DNA of 44,539 nt from Tubiluchus corallicola (Eukaryota; Animalia; Priapulida), in the NCBI GenBank assembly GCA_030141605.1, contig JAQGDQ010002428.1:1-44539 (forward strand). The letters are read 5' to 3'. A program made the position numbers and the translations under genes. Below, piece after piece: positions 1-7,456 of this stretch; positions within the stretch are counted from its first letter, which is position 1, and each line of letters opens with the position of its first letter. The notes beneath the pieces were generated by a model. That model did not search any database, was not told the origin of the DNA, and was given only the letters and a program-made list of their open reading frames with translations.

Positions 1-607
1 TATATAAATTTATGAAATCCTCTACTTGCACAAGAAGCCAATATTCAAATGGGTCTACTCCCGTATGGTATATAGCAAAGGCTCGCGATGTGTTTTTTAT
101 TTTAGTAGATTGGTTTTTTAAAATAACCTCTCCTAATGGAGGCTGTATCTCCAAGGCATTACCTTTTTTGTTCAAATCCACTTCGTGATAAAATATCTCT
201 CCCGAAGTAGTGGTGGTTGCTGTGTTTGTTAGCACATAATATTTGTCCTCTTGCCCTGGTATAGGACAAACCATAACATTTTGAAAATTATTGCTATGAT
301 TAAAGATACCATCACCATTTTTCATTATTTGATGCGACGCATCATAAATATTTTCTCCATCAGTATAAAAAAGTAGCTCTCCTGTATTTTCTGATGTAGC
401 AACAGATGAAGAGTAGTGACTAAATGGTGTAAATTGATTGCTCTGCAACTCAGGTTGGTGAGTGGACTTATTGAAATTAACACCCCAAGAAGAGTTACCA
501 AAATACCATAAATGTTCTAAAAAATCTTGAGCTTGCACCATGATATTCCACGGCATCAATAAGATAATGCACAAACAGATATGGCGATATTTTTTATAAA
601 TACCCAA
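1..607 (-). CDS. Secreted protein, N-terminal part only (runs off the window); N-terminus typical of Bacteroidota PKD / gliding-motility-associated C-terminal-domain (T9SS cargo) proteins
   Basis: Not in the ORF track. Manual translation from TTG at 607 gives MGIYKKYRHICLCIILLMPWNIMVQAQDFLEHLWYFGNSSWGVNF...GELLFYTDGENIYDASHQIMKNGDGI...CPIPGQEDKYYVLT, i.e. a signal peptide ending AQ plus the WYFG / LLFYTDG / H..M.NG motifs. The start codon is uncertain. Confidence 0.7.
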   Translation of the reverse strand, partial: MGIYKKYRHICLCIILLMPWNIMVQAQDFLEHLWYFGNSSWGVNFNKSTHQPELQSNQFTPFSHYSSSVATSENTGELLFYTDGENIYDASHQIMKNGDGIFNHSNNFQNVMVCPIPGQEDKYYVLTNTATTTTSGEIFYHEVDLNKKGNALEIQPPLGEVILKNQSTKIKNTSRAFAIYHTGVDPFEYWLLVQVEDFINLY

Positions 608-726
608 TTGATATTTGTTTTAACTTTTAAAGTTACAAATTTTTATGATATGTGTAAATAAAATGCTTTAAAATTATTACAAATATACAATGTGAGCAGC
701 ATTTAATATTGGTTTTAGAAAAGAAA

Positions 727-2193
727 TTATTGTCTCTTAGAAAGCAGAGCAACACTATTTTTTTGTGCAATAACCCACAAGCCTATAAAAGTAATTAACC
801 CATTAAGAATAAGAATCTCAAACCCAAATTGATATCCTAAAAATAATTGCTTAGAATAGAAATTCAATAAAATCGTTGCAGCAAGAGAGAGTAAACACAC
901 CAATGGAACAAACTTATCCCTTGGTTTCCATTTAGTAAAAATACCAAACACATACAGGCCTAATAAAGGTCCATAGGTATATCCTGCCATTTTTAGCGCT
1001 AAATTAATAACACTTTCGTCATCAATGATTCTAAAAACAATAATGGCAAAAAACATAAAGAATGAAAAGCCAATGTGTACGAGTTTTTTTTGGCGTTTTC
1101 TTAATTTCTCTTCTTTATCTTGAAAGCCTAAAAAATCTATACAAAAAGCAGTTGTTAGTGCCGTTAAAGTAGAATCTACACTTGAATATGCCGCTGCTGT
1201 TATTCCTATAATAAACATAATGCTCAGCGTCAATCCAAAATGAGTAGTGACTAACATTGGAAATAGATCATCAACTCTTGCTGGAACAGATATTCCTTTC
1301 GCTTCAACATACATGTAAAGTAATGCTCCCAATGAGAGAAATAATAGATTCACTGTTACTAATATGATGCTAAACCAAAACATGTTTTTTTGAGCATCCT
1401 TACAACTTCGGCAAGTAAGATTTTTTTGCATCATGTCTTGATCTAATCCCGTCATCACAATAGCAATAAACGCTCCTGATAAAAAATACTTTATGAAGTG
1501 TGTCTTATCGGCAAAATCTCCAAAAAAGATTTTTGCATGACCACTATTAGCTATTTGATGTATAGAATTTGCCAAACTAATGTCTAACTCTTTAAATAAA
1601 AATATAATAGTAACTACCACTGTTGTTATCATAAAAAGAGTTTGTAGAGCATCCGTCCATATAATAGTTTTTATCCCCCCCTGATGTGTGTACAATAAAA
1701 CCAAAGAGAGAGTAACAAGCACAGCAACCCAGAAAGGAATCCCTAATGGGGCGAAAACAATTAATTGTAACACATTGGCAACCACTAACAAACGTAATGC
1801 TGAGCCAAGAGAACGGGAAAGCATAAAAAATAATGACCCTGTGCGAAGCGAATAAGTGCCAAAACGAGTTTTTAAATATCCATATATTGAAATCAAATTA
1901 AGCCTATAATATAAAGGCAGTAGCACTGTGCCAATAAAAAGATAGCCCAATAAATACCCCAAAACCACTTGAAAATAAGCAAACTCAGTTTTTCCAACCT
2001 CAGCAGGAACGGAAATAAAAGTGATGCCTGAAAGACTTGCTCCAACCATTCCAAACGCAACCAAAAACCATGGTGCTCGTTTGTTAGCAGTAAAAAAAGT
2101 CTCTGTGGTAATATTTTTTGATGTCAATCTAGCTATTAACAATAAAAGAATAAAATACCCCCCCAATATGCTTATAGCAACAGTCAAATTCAT
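727..2193 (-). CDS. Sodium:solute symporter (SSS family)
   Basis: 488 aa with many TM segments; motifs FFTANKRAPW, GASLSGITFISVP, GGIKTIIWTDALQ, GLDQDMMQKNL, AAAYSSVDS. Confidence 0.92.
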   Translation of the reverse strand: MNLTVAISILGGYFILLLLIARLTSKNITTETFFTANKRAPWFLVAFGMVGASLSGITFISVPAEVGKTEFAYFQVVLGYLLGYLFIGTVLLPLYYRLNLISIYGYLKTRFGTYSLRTGSLFFMLSRSLGSALRLLVVANVLQLIVFAPLGIPFWVAVLVTLSLVLLYTHQGGIKTIIWTDALQTLFMITTVVVTIIFLFKELDISLANSIHQIANSGHAKIFFGDFADKTHFIKYFLSGAFIAIVMTGLDQDMMQKNLTCRSCKDAQKNMFWFSIILVTVNLLFLSLGALLYMYVEAKGISVPARVDDLFPMLVTTHFGLTLSIMFIIGITAAAYSSVDSTLTALTTAFCIDFLGFQDKEEKLRKRQKKLVHIGFSFFMFFAIIVFRIIDDESVINLALKMAGYTYGPLLGLYVFGIFTKWKPRDKFVPLVCLLSLAATILLNFYSKQLFLGYQFGFEILILNGLITFIGLWVIAQKNSVALLSKRQ

Positions 2194-2280
2194 AGCTCTA
2201 AACTTTAAGCAGTAATAGTAAGAATTTAATTTCCACTTTGCAACAAATACAAAAATAAAAGAAATATTCTTTTATTTTCT

Positions 2281-2310
2281 TTTGAAACTAACTTGATTAT
2301 TTTACCTTTG
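2281..2310 (+). promoter_or_regulatory. Putative Bacteroidota sigma-A promoter of secDF
   Basis: TTTG at 2281-2284 and TACCTTTG (TAnnTTTG) at 2303-2310; the ATG follows at 2342. Confidence 0.6.
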
Positions 2311-2341
2311 CTAAATTAAAATAACCTATTAAAAATATTCT

Positions 2342-5300
2342 ATGAAAAATAAATCTTTTGTAGTCTTTTTTACAGCCATCATTACACTTCTATGTCTTTA
2401 TTATCTATCTTTTACATTTATTGCAAGAAAGATAAACAACGAGGCAACAGATTATGCACGAAGTGAAGATGGTACAATAAACTTTGTAAAAAAGCAAACC
2501 TATCTTGATTCTATATGGAATGAACCTGTGTTTAGCCTTTTAGGCTTTACTTACACATTCAAAGAGATAAAAGAAACCGAACTTGGGCTTGGCTTGGATT
2601 TACAAGGAGGAATGCATGTTACCCTTGAAATTGCTCCCCGAGATATTATTATAGGCATTAGCGGAGATGGTCAAAACCCAATACTTCAAGCCGCTCTTAC
2701 AAAAGCTGATAGCTTGCAAAAAGAAAATCTACAAGCACAATATGTAGATTTATTTTATGAAGCACTACAATCAGAAAACCCTGATGTACGGCTAGCAGAA
2801 ATATTTGCCAACATATCAAACAAAGATAAAATCACATCCAAATCTACTGATAAAGAGATCTTATCCTTGCTTCAAGAAGAAGTAGAAGAAGCCATAAATC
2901 GTTCTTTTCAAATATTAAGAACTAGAATTGATAGGTTTGGAACTTCACAACCTAATATTCAACAATTGGAACAAAGTGGTAGAATTCAAATAGAGCTACC
3001 AGGAGTAGAAAACCAAGAGAGAGTAAGAAAAATATTACAAAGCTCTGCGAAACTTGAATTTTTAGAAGTAACAGAATGGAACGAGCTAGGAAATACTCTG
3101 CAAGCACTTAGTACAAAGTTAAGTCAAGAAGAACAAGCTAAGGCTACAAACAATCAAACACCCTCAAATAAAACAGAGGAATTATCTGACTTGTTAGTGC
3201 CAAAAGATGACACTAATACAACAGAAGTAGACACTGCAAAAACAGAATTGGAACAATTATTAACTTCTGACACTGCATCTGCGCATCCATCATCGTCTGC
3301 ACTATTTGAATTAATACAATTCTCTAATTTTGGCATGGGAATAGTTAAAATTCAAGATACTATGAAAGTAAACAAAATTTTATACCGTTTACAACATGGT
3401 GATTTACAAAGCTTTCTTCCTAGCAAAGAAATCAAATTTCTTTGGGACGTAAAACCTGAAAAGAGAGAGAGCGTTAGCGAAGAAACATTAGTTCTATATG
3501 CCGTAAAAACAAGAAGGGGGCAAGCACCTTTGACTGGAGAAGTGATTACAGATGCACGACAAACACTTGACGACAGAACTTCGCCCGCTGTATCTATGAG
3601 CATGAATAGCGACGGAGCAAGAATGTGGAGGCAATTAACAGCAGCAAACATAAATAAAAAAATAGCTATTGTACTAGATGGGTATGTTTATTCTGCCCCT
3701 AATGTACAGGGAGAAATTCCTAATGGACAATCACAAATTACAGGCAACTTTACAGTGCAAGAGGCAAAAGACCTTGCCAATGTACTTAAATCAGGAGCAT
3801 TACCCGTATCCACTAAAATTGTAGAAGAAGTAATTATAGGTCCCACATTAGGAAAAGAAGCCCAAGCAGAAGGCATTAAATCTATAATCATGGGATTGGT
3901 GGTAGTGCTAATCTTTATGATACTTTATTATGCCAAAGGAGGATTTGTTGCCAACGTAGCACTCTTCTTTAACATGTTTTTTATCTTAGGAATTTTAGCT
4001 CAACTAAACGCAGCATTAACACTCCCGGGTATAGCTGGTATGGTGTTAACTATGGGTATGTCAGTAGATGCTAATGTGCTTATTTTTGAGCGAATAAAAG
4101 AAGAAATGAAGCAAAACATTCCTATCGCTAAGGCAATATCGTTGGGTTACTCAAAAGCATACAGTTCTATCATTGACTCTAACGTGACTACATTTCTCAC
4201 CGCCCTCATCCTATACATGTTTGGACAAGGACCAGTAAGAGGATTTGCCACTACCTTAATGATAGGTATAATATGTTCATTCTTTACATCTGTATTTATT
4301 ACAAGGTTGATAATAACATGGATGACAAAAAACAAAACCAATTTGTCATTGCAAACAATCATTTCTAAAAACATACTCTCTAATATAGGCATGCATTTTA
4401 TTAAAAATAGAAAGAAAGCTTATATTGTTTCAAGCCTCATAATAGTTGTAGGATTAGGTTTACTCCTATCAAAAGGCTTAAGCTTAGGCGTTGACTTTGT
4501 TGGAGGAAGAACATACGTTATTGGTTTCCAAGAGTCCACTGCCGCATCAGATTTGAAAAGCACATTATCAAAAACTTTTGAAGGCGCTGGCGTGGAAGCA
4601 AAAACATATGGGTCTAGCAACATAGTAAAAGTAACTACAAGCTACATGATAGACAATGACTCTGTGACGACAGACGAATTAGTGAAGTTGAAACTTATTG
4701 ACGGAATAGAAAAGAGCACAAATAATACCTTAAAATATACTGATAATAATGAGAAAATTGATGCCGAGCATTTTAGCATATTAAGCACCTCAAAAGTAGG
4801 CGCCTCAATTGCAAATGACACGACAAGAGACTCCATTAAGTCTATTTTCTACTCTTTGATAATTATTTTTCTTTATATATTAGTAAGGTTCAAAAAGGCA
4901 CAGTTCGGAATAGGTGCTTTGGCTGCCCTGTTTCATGACGTATTGATAGTAATAGGAATATTTGCCATCGCAAATGCTCTTGGAAAATCATTTGAAATAG
5001 ATCAAGTATTCATAGCTGCAATGTTGGCTATCATTGGTTACTCCATCAACGATACTGTGGTAATATTTGATAGAATTCGAGAAACCCTTACAGTAAGACC
5101 TCATGAAAAGTTATCAGACTCTTTTGACCTTGCCATGAATAATGCCATCAGCAGAACGTTGATGACGTCATTAACTACCTTAATAGTGGTCGTTATATTA
5201 CTAGTATTTGGTGGTGAGTCACTTCGGGGATTCTCTTTTGCCATATTTGTTGGAATTATAGTCGGTACATATTCTTCCATGTTTGTTGCTTCTCCAATTG

Positions 5301-5371
5301 CATTTGATTTATTAAATGTAAAAAAAAGTAATGGCACTAATACGCAAAATAAAAAGAAAACTATTAACTAA
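2342..5371 (+). CDS. secDF: Protein translocase subunit SecDF (fused)
   Basis: GLGLDLQGGMHV, RTRIDRFG, RIQIELPG, LTLPGIAG, VDANVLIFERIKEE, LGVDFVGG, GYSINDTVVIFDRIRE. Confidence 0.98.
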   Translation: MKNKSFVVFFTAIITLLCLYYLSFTFIARKINNEATDYARSEDGTINFVKKQTYLDSIWNEPVFSLLGFTYTFKEIKETELGLGLDLQGGMHVTLEIAPRDIIIGISGDGQNPILQAALTKADSLQKENLQAQYVDLFYEALQSENPDVRLAEIFANISNKDKITSKSTDKEILSLLQEEVEEAINRSFQILRTRIDRFGTSQPNIQQLEQSGRIQIELPGVENQERVRKILQSSAKLEFLEVTEWNELGNTLQALSTKLSQEEQAKATNNQTPSNKTEELSDLLVPKDDTNTTEVDTAKTELEQLLTSDTASAHPSSSALFELIQFSNFGMGIVKIQDTMKVNKILYRLQHGDLQSFLPSKEIKFLWDVKPEKRESVSEETLVLYAVKTRRGQAPLTGEVITDARQTLDDRTSPAVSMSMNSDGARMWRQLTAANINKKIAIVLDGYVYSAPNVQGEIPNGQSQITGNFTVQEAKDLANVLKSGALPVSTKIVEEVIIGPTLGKEAQAEGIKSIIMGLVVVLIFMILYYAKGGFVANVALFFNMFFILGILAQLNAALTLPGIAGMVLTMGMSVDANVLIFERIKEEMKQNIPIAKAISLGYSKAYSSIIDSNVTTFLTALILYMFGQGPVRGFATTLMIGIICSFFTSVFITRLIITWMTKNKTNLSLQTIISKNILSNIGMHFIKNRKKAYIVSSLIIVVGLGLLLSKGLSLGVDFVGGRTYVIGFQESTAASDLKSTLSKTFEGAGVEAKTYGSSNIVKVTTSYMIDNDSVTTDELVKLKLIDGIEKSTNNTLKYTDNNEKIDAEHFSILSTSKVGASIANDTTRDSIKSIFYSLIIIFLYILVRFKKAQFGIGALAALFHDVLIVIGIFAIANALGKSFEIDQVFIAAMLAIIGYSINDTVVIFDRIRETLTVRPHEKLSDSFDLAMNNAISRTLMTSLTTLIVVVILLVFGGESLRGFSFAIFVGIIVGTYSSMFVASPIAFDLLNVKKSNGTNTQNKKKTIN

Positions 5372-5434
5372 AAACAAAAAAAGTAATGGCACTAATACGC
5401 AAAATGAAAAATAAAATAAAAAGGAAACTATTAA
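5321..5434 (+). repeat. Direct repeat spanning the secDF 3' end and the start of the next gene
   Basis: Exact 30-bp copies AAAAAAAGTAATGGCACTAATACGCAAAAT at 5321-5350 and 5376-5405; similarity extends as 5346-5367 vs 5413-5434 (21/22 identical). Confidence 0.9.
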
Positions 5435-6195
5435 TGAGAATGATGAGACAATATATTCGTTCAAATATGTCTTCTCATCCCGCTTTGAAATTAGAATATA
5501 TTGGCACAGAATATGGCGGATGGATAATACCTACCACATTCTTAACAAAAAAATCTATTTGTTATTTAGCCGGTGCAGGAAAAGATATTTCATTTGATGT
5601 CAGTATTGCACAAAAATACAACGCTCAAGTATTTATTTTTGACCCTACTCCTGCTGCCATTGAGCATTATACTCAGCTTGTTGAACATACCCAAAAAGGA
5701 AACTTCTTTAATATAGGAAACAACATTGGGGTATGCTATGGCATAAACAAAAAAAATTTAGACCTTTTAAATTTCACTCCTGTTGGCTTATGGAGTGAAG
5801 ACAAAAAAATTAAATTTTTTGCTCCATTATTCAAAAAAAACGTATCTCATTCTATCTTAAATCTAGGTGACAAAAAAGAGTTTTTCACTGGGGATGTGAA
5901 AAGAGTTTCTACAATAATGAGGGAATTTAATCATAAATCATTAGATTTATTAAAAATAGACATTGAAGGAGCAGAATACGAAGTCATTAATTCTATTATA
6001 GAGGATAAGTTAGATATTAAATTGATTTGCGTAGAGTACGACGAACAAAACTATAGCTTTACATATCAAGGCTTAGAGAGAATAAAAAAATCTATTAAGC
6101 AACTCCTTGATAATAACTATAAGATCGTAGCTATCGACAACAACAATAATGTCACATTTATCCATAATGATGCATATGAAAATCTTATTAGTTAA
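5386..6195 (+). CDS. FkbM-family SAM-dependent methyltransferase
   Basis: IGTEYGGW, YLAGAGKDISFD, FIFDPTP, LDLLKIDIEGAEYEV, ICVEYD. Confidence 0.85.
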   Translation: MALIRKMKNKIKRKLLMRMMRQYIRSNMSSHPALKLEYIGTEYGGWIIPTTFLTKKSICYLAGAGKDISFDVSIAQKYNAQVFIFDPTPAAIEHYTQLVEHTQKGNFFNIGNNIGVCYGINKKNLDLLNFTPVGLWSEDKKIKFFAPLFKKNVSHSILNLGDKKEFFTGDVKRVSTIMREFNHKSLDLLKIDIEGAEYEVINSIIEDKLDIKLICVEYDEQNYSFTYQGLERIKKSIKQLLDNNYKIVAIDNNNNVTFIHNDAYENLIS

Positions 6196-6226
6196 ATTTT
6201 ATTAACTAAATTTTAAATTTAATGTT

Positions 6227-7417
6227 ATGAATATCCATGAATATCAAGCTAAAAGCATTTTAGAAAAACACAATGTAAGAACACAATACGGTATTATAGC
6301 TTCTAATATTACTGACGCAATACAAGCAGCAGAAACGCTAAAAAAAGAAAGGAATGCTAACATATTTGTAGTAAAAGCACAAATACACGCTGGAGGAAGA
6401 GGAAAGGGCGGAGGCGTAAAAATAGCCAAAAATATAAAAGAACTGGAAGAAAAGGCAAACCAAATACTTGGAATGCAGCTTGTAACTCCTCAAACAGGCC
6501 CACAAGGAAAAAAAGTAAATAAAATTCTAATTGCAGAAGACGTCTACTATCCTGGAGAGGCTGACATCAAGGAGTATTACGTAAGCATACTGCTGGATAG
6601 AGAAAAATCATGCAACGTAATTATGGCATCTGAAGAAGGAGGAGGAGATATTGAAGAGGTAGCAGCTAAAACACCCGAAAAGATAATCAAAGAATGGATA
6701 GATCCTAATGTTGGCTTGCAACCCTTTCAAGCTCGAAAAGTAGCCTTTAAATTAGGATTAAGCGGAAACGCACTCAAAGAAATGGTTGTGTTTATTGATA
6801 GACTGTATAAAGCATACATAAGCATAGACGCTTCACAAGTAGAAATAAATCCTGCATTAAAAACTTCAGACAATAAAATATTGGCTGTAGATGCCAAAAT
6901 AAACTTGGATGACAACGCACTATACAGGCATCCTGAGCTGTTAGAAATGAGAGATATAACAGAAGAAGACCCATTAGAGGTTGAAGCTGGAGAATCAAAT
7001 CTAAATTACGTTAAATTAGACGGTAACGTAGGATGTATGGTAAACGGAGCTGGACTTGCTATGGCAACAATGGACATTATTAAATTATCAGGAGGAGATC
7101 CTGCTAATTTTCTTGATGTTGGAGGAACCGCTAGTGCCCAAACCGTAGAAAACGGGTTTAGAATTATTCTAAAAGACCCTAATGTTAAAGCTATTTTAAT
7201 TAATATCTTTGGCGGTATTGTACGCTGCGATAGAGTTGCAAATGGTATTGTGCAAGCCTACAAAAACATAGGCAACATAAACATTCCTATCATTGTAAGA
7301 TTGCAAGGAACTAATGCTCAAGAAGCAGCTAAAATAATTAATGACAGTGGATTGCAAGTAGACTCTGCCGTTGCCCTCAAGGATGCTGCCGACAAAATAA
7401 AACAAGCATTGGCATAA
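6227..7417 (+). CDS. sucC: Succinate-CoA ligase (ADP-forming) beta subunit
   Basis: MNIHEYQAK, KAQIHAGGRGKGGGV, GCMVNGAGLAMATMD, NIFGGIVRCD. Confidence 0.98.
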   Translation: MNIHEYQAKSILEKHNVRTQYGIIASNITDAIQAAETLKKERNANIFVVKAQIHAGGRGKGGGVKIAKNIKELEEKANQILGMQLVTPQTGPQGKKVNKILIAEDVYYPGEADIKEYYVSILLDREKSCNVIMASEEGGGDIEEVAAKTPEKIIKEWIDPNVGLQPFQARKVAFKLGLSGNALKEMVVFIDRLYKAYISIDASQVEINPALKTSDNKILAVDAKINLDDNALYRHPELLEMRDITEEDPLEVEAGESNLNYVKLDGNVGCMVNGAGLAMATMDIIKLSGGDPANFLDVGGTASAQTVENGFRIILKDPNVKAILINIFGGIVRCDRVANGIVQAYKNIGNINIPIIVRLQGTNAQEAAKIINDSGLQVDSAVALKDAADKIKQALA

Positions 7418-7456
7418 TTAAAAAATGTCAGCTGTTTAGTCATACTTTATTGTAGT

